A stretch of DNA of 64,000 nucleotides, taken from NCBI GenBank assembly GCA_965279355.1, contig OZ257155.1:3881048-3945047 (forward strand), read 5' to 3'. The notes beneath the pieces were generated by a model. That model was not told the origin of the DNA and searched no databases. It worked only from the letters and a program-made list of their open reading frames with translations. This DNA is from Alphaproteobacteria bacterium. GTDB taxonomy: Bacteria > Pseudomonadota > Alphaproteobacteria > CACIAM-22H2. Each line of letters opens with the position of its first letter. Positions within the stretch are counted from its first letter, which is position 1. Position numbers and translations under genes: made by a program. Positions 51,061-61,553 of the stretch are shown piece after piece.

Positions 51061-51738
51061 GTGATCGATCCTGAGCTGGAGCGATTACAGGTGAACCTCA
51101 GTCCCTTGCTGCTATTGTCGCCGCGCCGCGTACTGGCGAAAAACAGTGCGGCGGATTCAGGTAGCGCGGTCGATGGCAGGCATCAGTTTCGCCTGAGCGA
51201 CGGCCTTGCGAGTGCCGCCGCGACCGGAGGGGTGACGTCTGCTTCTGCGCCGATTGCTGCCGCTCTGCCGCCGGAGCCGGCAGGGCTTCCCGAGCTGACC
51301 GCACCGATGGCCGGCCCGGTCTTCCCGGCGGATCGGCAGATCCTGAAGGACTTTGCCTCCGACATCGCGACGGCACCTGAGATTGTCGGGGAACTCACGG
51401 CGCTCTACGTCGAACAGCACCCCCGGCTGGCCATACGCTTCGTAGCGCGCGCGGCGGCGTTCAGACCCTGGGCCGTCGAAGACATCGAGCGCGCCGCGAC
51501 GAGACGTCAGGGCTACGGATTGCACCGTCTGGCGGCGCTGATGCTGTCGGCCCTCGATCTCGTGACGGCGCCGCGCGAAGCCGCGGTCCTGTTGCCGGCC
51601 TATCTCGATGTGCTGGATGATTCGGAACTGCCCTGGGCCGAAGGTCCGGTCCTCGCGCATCTGCAGCCGGTCGCCGATCCGCCACCGATTTCAGCAGATG
51701 AACTTCTTGCCAGCGAGATCGACGATCGTCTCGTTTAG
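51061..51738 (+). CDS. Hypothetical protein (Ala/Pro-rich, GTG start)
   Basis: A 225-aa ORF downstream of an AT-rich island. I do not recognise any family. Confidence 0.35.
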   Translation: MIDPELERLQVNLSPLLLLSPRRVLAKNSAADSGSAVDGRHQFRLSDGLASAAATGGVTSASAPIAAALPPEPAGLPELTAPMAGPVFPADRQILKDFASDIATAPEIVGELTALYVEQHPRLAIRFVARAAAFRPWAVEDIERAATRRQGYGLHRLAALMLSALDLVTAPREAAVLLPAYLDVLDDSELPWAEGPVLAHLQPVADPPPISADELLASEIDDRLV

Positions 51739-51839
51739 GCGTCGCTTTCCGCCCCTTGGAAAGATAGCGGCCTCCGGCCCCTTGGCAAACCGGCGTGGGG
51801 TTGGCATGGTGACCGGCCATTCTGGGGGACTAGCCGCTA

Positions 51840-52991
51840 ATGAAGCTCGCCGTACTGAAAGAGCGCCGCTTCGGGGAAGCGCGTGTTGCCGCATCGCCCG
51901 ATACGGTGAAGCGCCTGAAAGGCCTTGGCCTCGATGTGGCGATCGAGACCGGCGCCGGCGACGGGGCCTCGTTCACCGATCAGGCCTTTATCGATGCCGG
52001 CGCGACGATCGCGCCCGATGCCGCGTCTTGCCTTGCTGACGCGGATATCATCTTCAAGGTGCAGCGGCCGCTGACCCAGGCCGAAGGCGGTTTCGACGAA
52101 GCCGCCCTGATCAAGCGCGGCGCCGTGCTGGTCGCGATCCTCGATCCGCATCGCCAGCGCGATCAGCTCGCCGATTACGCCGCAAAGGGCATTCAGGCCT
52201 TTGCCATGGAACTGATGCCGCGCATCACCCGTGCGCAGAGCATGGACATCCTGTCGAGTCAGTCGAACCTCGCTGGCTATAAGGCTGTCGTCGATGCGGC
52301 CGGGGAATTCGGTCACGCCTTTCCGATGATGATGACGGCGGCCGGCACCGTGCCGCCGGCGCGCGCCATGATCTTCGGTGTCGGCGTCGCCGGACTGCAG
52401 GCGATCGCGACGGCGCGCCGCCTCGGGGCCATCGTCTCGGCAACCGATGTGCGGCCGGCGACCAAGGAACAGGTCGAAAGCCTCGGCGCGACCTTCGTCG
52501 CTGTCGTCGATGAAGAGTTCCAGCAGGCGCAGACGGCGGGCGGCTATGCCAAGGAAATGTCCGATGGCTACAAGCAGAAGCAGGCGGCGCTGATCGCCGA
52601 AACGATCAAAAAGCAGGACATCGCGATCTGCACCGCGTTGATACCCGGCCGTCCAGCGCCGGTGCTGATCACCGAAGAGATGGTGAAGACGATGAAGCCG
52701 GGATCGGTGATCGTCGATCTCGCGGTTGAGTCGGGCGGCAATTGCCCGCTTTCGGAAGTCGGCAAGGTCGTCGTGAAGCACGGCGTGAAGATCGTCGGCC
52801 ATGCCAACTATCCCAGCCGCATCGCCGCCGACGCCAGCGCGCTCTATGCGCGGAACCTGTTCAACTTCATCAGCCTAATCGTCGACAAGAAGGAAGGCGG
52901 CCTCAAGATCGATCCCGCCGACGACATCATCAAGGGCACGCAGCTCACCCGCGACGGTGCCATTGTGCACGCCGCGTTCGCGAACGCCTGA
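51840..52991 (+). CDS. pntAA: NAD(P) transhydrogenase subunit alpha part 1
   Basis: It has AlaDh/PNT domains and the GVGVAGLQA NAD-binding motif. Confidence 0.9.
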   Translation: MKLAVLKERRFGEARVAASPDTVKRLKGLGLDVAIETGAGDGASFTDQAFIDAGATIAPDAASCLADADIIFKVQRPLTQAEGGFDEAALIKRGAVLVAILDPHRQRDQLADYAAKGIQAFAMELMPRITRAQSMDILSSQSNLAGYKAVVDAAGEFGHAFPMMMTAAGTVPPARAMIFGVGVAGLQAIATARRLGAIVSATDVRPATKEQVESLGATFVAVVDEEFQQAQTAGGYAKEMSDGYKQKQAALIAETIKKQDIAICTALIPGRPAPVLITEEMVKTMKPGSVIVDLAVESGGNCPLSEVGKVVVKHGVKIVGHANYPSRIAADASALYARNLFNFISLIVDKKEGGLKIDPADDIIKGTQLTRDGAIVHAAFANA

Positions 52992-53000
52992 GGGGGCATC

Positions 53001-53405
53001 ATGGATCCCGCATCGCTCACCAATTCCGCCGCACAGGTCGCCAACGAGGCGGCGGCCCTCGCGGCCAAGGCCCGCGTGCTTGCCGAACAGACGGCGCTGC
53101 TGTCGCATGCCGAAGGCGGCGGGGTCGACATCCTCACCATGGGGATCACTGTGTTCGCGCTGGCGTGTTTCGTCGGCTACTACGTGGTCTGGCGGGTGAC
53201 GCCGGCGCTGCACTCGCCGCTGATGGCCGTCACCAACGCCATCTCCAGCGTCATCATCGTCGGCGCGCTGCTCGCTGCCGGCGCATCACAGGTCGGTGTC
53301 TCGGAATGGATGGGCCTTGCTGGTGTTGTGTTGGCCTCGGTCAACATCTTCGGCGGGTTCGTCGTGAGCCAGCGCATGCTCTCCAAGTTCAAGAAGAAGG
53401 GCTGA
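53001..53405 (+). CDS. pntAB: NAD(P) transhydrogenase subunit alpha part 2 (membrane)
   Basis: A 134-aa protein with 3-4 TMS. Confidence 0.85.
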   Translation: MDPASLTNSAAQVANEAAALAAKARVLAEQTALLSHAEGGGVDILTMGITVFALACFVGYYVVWRVTPALHSPLMAVTNAISSVIIVGALLAAGASQVGVSEWMGLAGVVLASVNIFGGFVVSQRMLSKFKKKG

Positions 53406-53415
53406 GGCGCGCACC

Positions 53416-54810
53416 ATGACCGAGAATCTCTCAGCCCTTCTTTATCTCGTCGCCGCCATCTGCTTCATCATGTCGCTGCGTGGACTGTCATCGCCCGAGA
53501 CGTCGCGCTCCGGTAACATCTACGGCATCGTCGGCATGGTGATCGCCATCGGCACGACCCTGGCGATGCCGGCGATGGGCAATTACGGCAAGATCATCAT
53601 CGCGATCGCAATCGGCGGCGCCATCGGCACGTTCATCGCGCTGCGCATCCAGATGACGGCCCTGCCGCAGTTGGTGGCGGCGTTCCACTCTCTGGTCGGT
53701 CTTGCCGCCGTCTTTGTCGCGGCGGCGGCGCTCTATTCACCGGAATCCTTCGGCATCGGTGTGACCGGCAATATCAAGACGGCCAGCCTCATCGAAATGG
53801 CGATCGGCACCGCCATCGGCGCCATCACCTTCACCGGCTCGATCGTCGCCTTTGCCAAGCTGCAGGCGCTGATCACGGGATCGCCGCTGATTTTCCCGAT
53901 GCAGCATCCGATCAACGCAGCGCTGGGCATTCTCATCGTCGTGGTCGGCGCGTGGTTTGCCGCGACCGGCAATCTCGGCGCGTTCTGGATTCTTGTCGGA
54001 CTGTCACTGGCGCTCGGCCTGCTGCTGATCGTTCCGATTGGCGGCGCCGACATGCCCGTCGTGATTTCGATGCTGAATTCCTATTCCGGCTGGGCGGCAG
54101 CGGGCATCGGCTTCACCCTGCACAACAACGCGCTGATTGTGACCGGCGCTCTGGTCGGCTCATCAGGCGCGATCCTCAGCTACATCATGTGCAAGGGGAT
54201 GAACCGCTCCATCTTCAACGTGATCCTGGGCGGGTTCGGCACCGATAGCGGTGCCGCAGCCGCGGGCGGCGCCAAGGAAGCGCGGCCGGTGAAGGCCGGT
54301 TCGGCCGAAGACGCCGCCTTCATCATGAAGAATGCGAGCTCGGTGATCATCGTGCCGGGCTATGGCATGGCGGTTGCGCAGGCGCAGCATGCGTTGCGCG
54401 AAATGGGCGATCTTCTCAAGAAGGAAGGCGTCACGGTCCGCTACGCGATCCATCCGGTCGCCGGCCGTATGCCGGGACACATGAACGTGCTGCTTGCCGA
54501 AGCGAACGTGCCTTACGAGGACGTGCTGGAGCTGGAGGAGATCAATCGCGACTTCGCGCAGACCGACGTGGTCTACGTGATCGGCGCCAACGACGTCACA
54601 AATCCCGCCGCCAAGACCGATCCGCAATCACCGATCTTCGGCATGCCGATCCTTGACGTCGAGAAGGCAAAGACGGTTCTGTTCATCAAGCGCTCGATGG
54701 CCACCGGCTATGCCGGTGTCGATAACGAACTGTTCTTCCGCGACAACACGATGATGCTGTTCGCCGATGCCAAGCACATGACGGAAGAAATCTGTAAGGC
54801 GCTGGCTTAA
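53416..54810 (+). CDS. pntB: NAD(P) transhydrogenase subunit beta
   Basis: A 464-aa protein with a membrane domain followed by a C-terminal NADP(H)-binding domain. Confidence 0.9.
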   Translation: MTENLSALLYLVAAICFIMSLRGLSSPETSRSGNIYGIVGMVIAIGTTLAMPAMGNYGKIIIAIAIGGAIGTFIALRIQMTALPQLVAAFHSLVGLAAVFVAAAALYSPESFGIGVTGNIKTASLIEMAIGTAIGAITFTGSIVAFAKLQALITGSPLIFPMQHPINAALGILIVVVGAWFAATGNLGAFWILVGLSLALGLLLIVPIGGADMPVVISMLNSYSGWAAAGIGFTLHNNALIVTGALVGSSGAILSYIMCKGMNRSIFNVILGGFGTDSGAAAAGGAKEARPVKAGSAEDAAFIMKNASSVIIVPGYGMAVAQAQHALREMGDLLKKEGVTVRYAIHPVAGRMPGHMNVLLAEANVPYEDVLELEEINRDFAQTDVVYVIGANDVTNPAAKTDPQSPIFGMPILDVEKAKTVLFIKRSMATGYAGVDNELFFRDNTMMLFADAKHMTEEICKALA

Positions 54811-54816
54811 CCGGCG

Positions 54817-55941
54817 TTACGCCGGGCGATACTCTTTGATCGCATCCGGGTCCGGCACGATGCCGAGGCCCGGACCGGATGGCAGCGCAAACGCACCATC
54901 GACCGGTGCCAGCGGCGCTTTCACCAGCTCAGTCTTCAGATAGTGATTGGTCGGCGTGACCGCCCAGTCGAGCGTGGCCGCCGCCGCCGCTGAATGCAGC
55001 AGTGCTGCGGTGCCGAGGCTGCTCTCGGCGATCTTGCCCGGCAGATTCACTTTCCAGCCGTGCGCGGCGCAGGCTTCCGTTGCCGCGTGAACGGCTGCGA
55101 TGCCGCCGAGCTTCACCGGGCGTAACGCAGCGCCCCGTCCGGCTTTGAGTTTTGCCTGGGCCGCGATATCGGCCACGGCGTGGATGCCTTCGTCGACACA
55201 GACCGGCATCGGGACGGCAGCCGTCACCCGCGCCATGCCGTCGAGGTCTTTGGCGGGCAGCGGCTGCTCGAAATAGGCAACCTCGAGTGCTGCCGCGCGC
55301 TTGCCGTAGGCGATGGCGCGGTCTTCATCCATGGTACCGTTGGCATCGGCGTAGAGAGTGCATTCCGGGCCGATGACATCGCGCACCGCGAGCGTCGCGC
55401 GGAGATCGTCCTCAAGCGAGCGCGACCCGACCTTGAGCTTGAACACGCGATAACCGGCGTGGCGTTGGAGCGCTGCTTCGGCGGCATCCTCATCGAGGCT
55501 CGGCGTGCCGACCATCCACATGGCGTCGAGATGCGTGCGCTTCGCGCCGCCCAGCAGTTCATAGACGGGGATGTCCTGCGCGCGCGCGAAGAGATCGTGG
55601 AGCGCACAGTCGATGGCCGACTTGGCGCCCATCGCGCCCGGCATCGCCGTGCTGAGGAGAGCGCCGAATTCCCTGAGATTTGATTTCTGTGCCGTCAGGG
55701 CAGGGGCCAGCGTCGCGGTGATCGCCGCCATGATCTGCTCGCCGGTTTCGCCGGTGAGATTGGCGGCCGGCGCGCATTCGCCCCAGCCAATCAGGCCATC
55801 GCCGGTTTCCATCCGGACCAGGATGGTTTCGGCGACGGGAATCTTGAGACGGCCGCCGAGGTTGATCGGCTTCTTCAGCGGCAGTTCGAGACGCATCGCC
55901 TCGATCCGGCCGATGGTCATCGCTGTGCCGGCGCGTGACAT
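54817..55941 (-). CDS. Enolase-superfamily enzyme (mandelate racemase/muconate lactonising/dipeptide epimerase-like)
   Basis: It has metal-ligand Asp/Glu positions in an MR/MLE barrel and is 374 aa long. Confidence 0.75.
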   Translation of the reverse strand: MSRAGTAMTIGRIEAMRLELPLKKPINLGGRLKIPVAETILVRMETGDGLIGWGECAPAANLTGETGEQIMAAITATLAPALTAQKSNLREFGALLSTAMPGAMGAKSAIDCALHDLFARAQDIPVYELLGGAKRTHLDAMWMVGTPSLDEDAAEAALQRHAGYRVFKLKVGSRSLEDDLRATLAVRDVIGPECTLYADANGTMDEDRAIAYGKRAAALEVAYFEQPLPAKDLDGMARVTAAVPMPVCVDEGIHAVADIAAQAKLKAGRGAALRPVKLGGIAAVHAATEACAAHGWKVNLPGKIAESSLGTAALLHSAAAAATLDWAVTPTNHYLKTELVKAPLAPVDGAFALPSGPGLGIVPDPDAIKEYRPA

Positions 55942-55947
55942 GGCGCG

Positions 55948-56793
55948 TCAGCCGACGGGTACGTTGTCGATCAGACGCGTCTTGCCGAGCCAGGCCGCGC
56001 CGGCGACGCGGGTGACTCCGCTCGCACGCTCGACCGGCTGGAGCGTTTCGGCATCGACGGCGCTGATGTAGTCGATTTTGGTGAAGCCTGCTTTTTCGAG
56101 TTCGGCTTTCGCACGCGCGATGATCTCGGGGGCGCCGCCGCCCTTGGCGAGTTCGGCGGCGACAGCCTTCAGTGTACGATTGAGCGCGGGTGCTGCCGCG
56201 CGTTCGGCCGGCGAGAGGTAGGCGTTGCGCGACGACATCGCGAGGCCATCGGCTTCGCGGAATGTCGGCACGGATTCGATGCGCACCGGAATATTTAAGT
56301 CGCGCACCAGACGGCGGATCACCTGCAGCTGCTGGAAGTCCTTCTCGCCGAAGAACGCGATATCGGGCAGGGCCTGCAGCAGGAACTTGGTGACGACCGT
56401 GGCGACGCCCTGGAAATGGCCGGGACGGAACGGTCCGCAGAGATGATCGGTGAGGCTGCTGACGGTGACGGTGGTTTTGGCGCCGCCGGGATAAATCTCT
56501 TCGATGCTTGGAGCGAAGATCGCATCGGCGCCGGGGGCCGCCAGTTTAGCTGCATCGCCGTCGAGGTCGCGCGGATAGCGCGTGTAATCCTCGTTCGGAC
56601 CGAACTGCGTCGGATTGACGAAAATCGAGACGATGGTGCGGTTGCAGGTGGTGCGGGAGCGGCCGACAATCGACAGGTGGCCATGGTGAAGGGCTCCCAT
56701 CGTCGGCACGAGGCCGATTGTCTCTTTGGCTGCCCGCCACGCCGAAACCTGGCGGCGCAGATCGGCGATGGTCCGAAGAATGGGGATGCTCAT
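55948..56793 (-). CDS. panC: Pantoate-beta-alanine ligase
   Basis: It has the HXGH motif PTMGALHHGH and a SSRN motif. Confidence 0.9.
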   Translation of the reverse strand: MSIPILRTIADLRRQVSAWRAAKETIGLVPTMGALHHGHLSIVGRSRTTCNRTIVSIFVNPTQFGPNEDYTRYPRDLDGDAAKLAAPGADAIFAPSIEEIYPGGAKTTVTVSSLTDHLCGPFRPGHFQGVATVVTKFLLQALPDIAFFGEKDFQQLQVIRRLVRDLNIPVRIESVPTFREADGLAMSSRNAYLSPAERAAAPALNRTLKAVAAELAKGGGAPEIIARAKAELEKAGFTKIDYISAVDAETLQPVERASGVTRVAGAAWLGKTRLIDNVPVG

Positions 56794-56845
56794 GGTCGTG
56801 ATCCCGCTCTTCAGAAGAGCCCGTTGTTAACGGCTGATGGGGCTA

Positions 56846-56885
56846 CCGTAAAAAGACAATGCCCGCGAACGAAACGCTCGCGGGC
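56846..56885 (-). terminator. Rho-independent terminator downstream of rpsU
   Basis: A hairpin GCCCGCGAGCGTTTCGTTCGCGGGC followed by AUUGUCUUUUUA on the minus strand. Confidence 0.5.
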
Positions 56886-56922
56886 GATTGTACGGCCAAA
56901 CGGGGCCGAAGCCCCAATCGAC

Positions 56923-57126
56923 TTAGTAGCCTTCGCGCTCCATCCGCTTACGCGCAACCTTGCGGGCGCGGCGAATCGCTTCAGCCTTCTCGCGAGCCCT
57001 GCGCTCGGAGGGCTTCTCGAAATGGCGGCGAAGCTTCATTTCACGGAAGACGCCTTCGCGCTGCAGCTTCTTCTTGAGGGCGCGTAGGGCTTGATCGACG
57101 TTATTGTCGCGAACGATAACTTGCAC
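56923..57126 (-). CDS. rpsU: 30S ribosomal protein S21
   Basis: A 67-aa protein, [20 protein letters not shown]. Confidence 0.9.
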   Translation of the reverse strand: MQVIVRDNNVDQALRALKKKLQREGVFREMKLRRHFEKPSERRAREKAEAIRRARKVARKRMEREGY

Positions 57127-57283
57127 GGTCTGACCGCACTCCTTCCTTGCTCAACAAGGGAATTGGGTTATGGCGATACACCCGCGCTAGCGGAAGCACC
57201 CCCACTGAATCGGGGCTTTTATCACAGGCACTTGGGCGTGGGAAGGGGTTTACCGGGCCGGGAGGGGCGGCCATATTCCGCCG

Positions 57284-57835
57284 ATGGCAATCCTTAAAAT
57301 CGCCCGCATGGGGCACCCCATCCTGCGCCAGCGGGCCGCCGAGGTCGCGGACCCGACCGCCCCGGAAATCCGCCGCCTGGTCGCCGATATGATCGAAACC
57401 ATGGAGGATGCGCAAGGGACGGGCCTGGCCGCCCCCCAGGTGCATATCCCCCTCAGAATCATGGTTTTTAAGGTTTCCGGGAGCCGTTCGACGGGCGCCC
57501 CCGACGACCTTCCGGAGGCCCTGACGACCCTGGTGAACCCGATCCTGGAGCCCCAGGGCGAGGAAACCGGGCTGGACTGGGAAGGCTGCCTCTCGGTCCC
57601 GGGAATGATGGGCGCGGTGCCGCGTTTCACCAGACTGCGCTATCGTGGGATCACCCCGGCCGGCGAGCAGATAGACCGGACGGTGTCCGGTTTCCATGCA
57701 CGAGTCGTCCAGCATGAGGCCGACCATCTGGACGGGATCCTCTATCCCCAGCGGGTGCAGGATCTCCGGCTGTTCGGATTTGTCGAAGAGATGAAGAAAT
57801 CATTCGAGGGCGCCAGTGACCCAGAACGAGACTGA
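57284..57835 (+). CDS. def: Peptide deformylase
   Basis: It has the three def motifs GTGLAAPQV, EGCLSVPG and QHEADHLDG. Confidence 0.9.
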   Translation: MAILKIARMGHPILRQRAAEVADPTAPEIRRLVADMIETMEDAQGTGLAAPQVHIPLRIMVFKVSGSRSTGAPDDLPEALTTLVNPILEPQGEETGLDWEGCLSVPGMMGAVPRFTRLRYRGITPAGEQIDRTVSGFHARVVQHEADHLDGILYPQRVQDLRLFGFVEEMKKSFEGASDPERD

Positions 57836-58502
57836 GTCAAACCCGACCGGGGCATCCGAGGCGGAGTTCGACCGTCAGGCGGTGCGCGAAGCGATCGTCG
57901 CGGCGGCGCTGCCGCATGTGCCGTTCGATGGTTGGACCCAGGAAGTTCTGCGGATCGCCGCGCGCGATCTCGGGCACGAACCGGTGATGGCGCTGCGGGT
58001 GTTTCCGCGCGGCCCCGCCGAGGCGATCGAATGCTGGATCGCGATGGCCGACCGCGACATGGTTTTGGCGCTTGACCGGGAAGACACGAGCAGTCTGCGC
58101 ACGCGCGAGCGGATCGCACTTGTTATCCGGCGCCGCTTTGAAGCGCTGTATGCGCATCGCGAGGCTGTGCGCCGCGCTGCCGGCATTCTGGCCCTGCCGC
58201 AGAACGCGCCCACTGCGGCGACTTCGCTGTGGCGAACCGTCGATGCGATCTGGTACGCGGTCGGCGACACCGCGACGGATTTCAATTTTTATACGAAGCG
58301 CGGCCTGCTGGCCGGCGTCTACGGCGCGGCGCTGCTGTACTGGCTGGAAGACCGCTCGGAAGGTTCAACCGAAACCTGGTCGTTCATCGACCGGCGGCTG
58401 GCCGATGTCCTGCGCGTGCCGGAAACGCTAAGCCGTCTGCGCCGGCGCCTCCCCGACCTGCCGGGTTTTTTCCGCAGCTTCCGCGCGCGTCCGCGCTTCT
58501 AG
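57816..58502 (+). CDS. COQ9-domain protein (the 'rpsU-divergently transcribed' family)
   Basis: A 228-aa protein. Its start overlaps the end of def by 20 bp. Confidence 0.6.
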   Translation: MTQNETESNPTGASEAEFDRQAVREAIVAAALPHVPFDGWTQEVLRIAARDLGHEPVMALRVFPRGPAEAIECWIAMADRDMVLALDREDTSSLRTRERIALVIRRRFEALYAHREAVRRAAGILALPQNAPTAATSLWRTVDAIWYAVGDTATDFNFYTKRGLLAGVYGAALLYWLEDRSEGSTETWSFIDRRLADVLRVPETLSRLRRRLPDLPGFFRSFRARPRF

Positions 58503-59590
58503 TCCTTGCGGGGCAAAAGCCGCGTGACGTGGCCCATCTTGCGGCCGGGTCGCGCCTCGCCCTTGCCGTAGAGATGCAGCTTGGCGTCTGCGTCCTTCAG
58601 GATCTCGGCCCAGCGATCCACCTGATCGCCGATCAGGTTGTCCATCACCGCGTCCGAATGACGCCGGGGGTTGCCGAGCGGGAGGCCGCAGATGGCCCGC
58701 ACGACCTGCTCGAACTGGCTGGTGACGCACGCATCGATCGTCCAGTGCCCGGAATTGTGCGGCCGCGGCGCGAGCTCGTTTACCAGGATCATGCCGTCCC
58801 GGCAGGCAAACATCTCCACGCCGAGGATACCGACCAGATCGATTTTCTCCGCGATGTGCCGCGCGATGGCTTCGGCGTGCCGTGCCGTCTCGGGCGAGCC
58901 GCGTGTCGGCGCGATGGTTTGCGCAAGGATGTGGTTCTCGTGGCGGTTCTCAACTGCGACGTAGTTAGCGATCTTGCCGTCGACACTGCGGGCGACGATT
59001 ACCGACATCTCGCGCTCGAAATCGACGAAGCCTTCCAGCACGCCCTCGATGGGCGGCGGCATCGCCTGTTTCAGGTGTGTCCAGGCGGCTTCGAGGTCGG
59101 TCTCCGGCCGAATGGTGATCTGGCCTTTGCCGTCGTATCCCATGCGCGATGTCTTGAGGATCGACGGTCGTCCAAGCGTGCGCGCGGCATCCGCAAGCAT
59201 GTCCGGTCCCGCAATGCGCTGATAGGGCGCGGTGCCGACACCGATGCTTTGCAAGAAGTCCTTTTCTTGCAGGCGATCCTGCGCGATGCGGAGTACGCCG
59301 GGCGATGGGCGCACTGGCACCACGCTCGACAGCGCCGCGACCGGTTCGTAAGGAATGTTCTCGAATTCGTAAGTGACGACGTCGACCGATCTGGCGAAGG
59401 CAGCCATTGCCTTGGCGTCGGTGTAGTCGGCCTTGGTGGTCAAGTCCGCGACATGCGAAGCGGGCGGGTCGTTGTCCGGGCACAGGATGTGGCAGCGATA
59501 TCCGAGCGCCGCCGCGGCGACGGCGGTCATTCGGCCAAGCTGTCCACCGCCGAGAATACCGATCGTCGATCCGGGCGGGATCGCGTTCAC
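58499..59590 (-). CDS. purK: N5-carboxyaminoimidazole ribonucleotide synthase
   Basis: An ATP-grasp protein with a [11 protein letters not shown] motif. I prefer a GTG start at 59590, which overlaps the purE stop in a GTGA, over the ORF track's ATG at 59644, which would overlap purE by 58 bp. Confidence 0.8.
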   Translation of the reverse strand: MNAIPPGSTIGILGGGQLGRMTAVAAAALGYRCHILCPDNDPPASHVADLTTKADYTDAKAMAAFARSVDVVTYEFENIPYEPVAALSSVVPVRPSPGVLRIAQDRLQEKDFLQSIGVGTAPYQRIAGPDMLADAARTLGRPSILKTSRMGYDGKGQITIRPETDLEAAWTHLKQAMPPPIEGVLEGFVDFEREMSVIVARSVDGKIANYVAVENRHENHILAQTIAPTRGSPETARHAEAIARHIAEKIDLVGILGVEMFACRDGMILVNELAPRPHNSGHWTIDACVTSQFEQVVRAICGLPLGNPRRHSDAVMDNLIGDQVDRWAEILKDADAKLHLYGKGEARPGRKMGHVTRLLPRKD

Positions 59591-60123
59591 TTGGCGGTCC
59601 GTTTGGGGCGCTGTGCGACGGACCGCGTCTGGGCGCGCCGCCATGCATCGAGCGCGCTCGAAATAGCCGGATTGTCGTAAGCCAGCACGGCGGCGGCCAG
59701 CAGGGCGGCATTTACGGCGCCGGCCCGCCCGACGGCCAGCGTGCCCACTGGAATGCCGGCCGGCATCTGGGCAATCGACAGCAGGCTATCGAGGCCCTTG
59801 AGGGACCGGCTCTCGACCGGGACGCCAAAGACAGGGAGTGCCGTGAGGGCGGCGGCCATGCCGGGGAGGTGTGCGGCTCCGCCGGCACCGGCAATGATGA
59901 TCCGCAGGCCACGGCTTTGAGCATCACCGGCGTAGGCGTAAAGGCGGTGCGGCGTCCGGTGTGCCGACACAATGCCCGTTTCATGGGGAATTTTGAGGGC
60001 TTCGAGGGTTTCTGCGGCATGCCGCATGGTTTCCCAGTCGGACTGGCTGCCCATGATAATGCCAACCAGCGGCGCGCGGCGTGCGCCGCGCTTGCTGCGC
60101 TTGCGGGTACGGGAGGACGCCAT
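59587..60123 (-). CDS. purE: N5-CAIR mutase
   Basis: It has the motifs [10 protein letters not shown] and [14 protein letters not shown]. Confidence 0.85.
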   Translation of the reverse strand: MASSRTRKRSKRGARRAPLVGIIMGSQSDWETMRHAAETLEALKIPHETGIVSAHRTPHRLYAYAGDAQSRGLRIIIAGAGGAAHLPGMAAALTALPVFGVPVESRSLKGLDSLLSIAQMPAGIPVGTLAVGRAGAVNAALLAAAVLAYDNPAISSALDAWRRAQTRSVAQRPKRTAK

Positions 60124-60287
60124 GGTTTTTGGACTGCTCCGGGAATCCGGCCGGGAAGGCCGCGATATAAAGCAAATTTACGGAATGGTAGCAAACCGTT
60201 AGTATCCTGCACCATTGATTCGGGACGCGCTTGGCTGTGCGCCCACCGCTTGGCTCGGCCATGACACGCGCGCACGAATAGGGCGGC

Positions 60288-61055
60288 ATGAAAATCGACG
60301 ATCCCAATAGGGTGTCAGGACCCGGTCGTCTCGGCGGCACGGAAAAGAAATCCAAAGTTGGCGCCGCCGCTTATGCGCGTGCGGCTGGAACCAAGGATGC
60401 GCCGTCAAAGATCGACGATATGGCGTCGGTCATGGACATCCCGGATATCGAATTCACGCCGAAGGTGAGGGCGGCCATTGTCGCCCTGATGGCGGAGGTC
60501 GATCGGCTGCGCCGCGACCTGCAGCAGAGCCAGGCGCGCATCGCCCATCTCGAGCAGCTTGCCGATCAGGACGCGCTGACGCCGGTTTCCAACCGCCGCG
60601 CCTTCGTGCGTGAGCTGACCCGCATGATGTCCTTCGCCGACCGCTACGATGCGGTCTCCAGCCTTGTCTACTTCGATATGAACGGCCTGAAACCGGTCAA
60701 CGATACCTACGGTCACGCGGCGGGCGACGCGGTGATCTCGCATGTCGCGCGTGTCCTGGTGCTGAATGTGCGCGATTCGGATGTGGTGGGCCGGCTGGGC
60801 GGCGACGAATTCGGCGTTATCCTCGCCTATACCGATGAAGCCGGCGCGCGGGAGAAAGCTGCATCGCTTGCGGCTGCCGTGGCGGCGGAGCCGGTCGACT
60901 GGAACGGCGTGCGGATCCCAAGCTCGGTCTCCTGGGGTGTGCATACATTCCGCAGCGGCGACAATGTGCACCATGCGCTGGATGCGGCGGCGCAGGCGAT
61001 CGAGGCCGCGGACCGCGCGATGTATGCGCAGAAGAAAGTCCGCTCGGGCGAGTAA
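60288..61055 (+). CDS. GGDEF-domain diguanylate cyclase with an unusual N-terminal segment
   Basis: An intact GGDEF motif RLGGDEFGV and an I-site-like RDSD motif. The N-terminal 90 aa are hydrophilic. Confidence 0.8.
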   Translation: MKIDDPNRVSGPGRLGGTEKKSKVGAAAYARAAGTKDAPSKIDDMASVMDIPDIEFTPKVRAAIVALMAEVDRLRRDLQQSQARIAHLEQLADQDALTPVSNRRAFVRELTRMMSFADRYDAVSSLVYFDMNGLKPVNDTYGHAAGDAVISHVARVLVLNVRDSDVVGRLGGDEFGVILAYTDEAGAREKAASLAAAVAAEPVDWNGVRIPSSVSWGVHTFRSGDNVHHALDAAAQAIEAADRAMYAQKKVRSGE

Positions 61056-61073
61056 CGCCCGCCCTTTCAAAAT

Positions 61074-61280
61074 TCAGGCGATGATATCCGGCAGCAGCCG
61101 GCTTTCGACCTGCGAGATCAGGTCCTTCAGGATCAGCTTGCGCTTCTTCATGCGCTGAAGCTGGATCTGGTCATAGGGCTGGCGCTCGCTGAGACGGGCG
61201 ATGACGTCGTCAAGATCGCGATGTTCCGTCTTGAGATCGACCAGTTGCCGTCTGAGATCTTCCTGATCGGGGTCGTCCAT
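61074..61280 (-). CDS. DUF465 (YdcH-like) small protein
   Basis: The ORF is trimmed to MDDPDQ. It is 68 aa and has the ELKxEHRDLD motif. Confidence 0.55.
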   Translation of the reverse strand: MDDPDQEDLRRQLVDLKTEHRDLDDVIARLSERQPYDQIQLQRMKKRKLILKDLISQVESRLLPDIIA

Positions 61281-61553
61281 CGTCTCGCGCGCCGGGTGCC
61301 GAATTTGCACGATCCTAGCAGATTTCCACCGCCTGAGCGATGCGCGGAAGACGGCCAATCGCGAAAGAAATTTCCGAAATCCCGTTCCGGACGGCCCTGA
61401 CGAGTAGCAAGACATTTGCAACGGTAGGGGGTTTCTGCCGTGATAGCCAAGGATGCGGGCCCATAATTTGCGACGCTGGGGGTTGCGCCATCGGACGGAA
61501 CGTCTAGGCGGTGATTCCCGTTTTATTTCCTGCAATTTGAAGGTTTACGGTGC

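Noticed and set aside
51739-51839. Direct repeats GCCCCTTGG(A/C)AA upstream of pntAA, and a TGGCA-containing stretch, as a possible sigma-54 promoter.
   Set aside because: Spacing and sequence do not fit TGGCAC-N5-TTGCW. The repeats are short and could be chance matches in GC-rich DNA.
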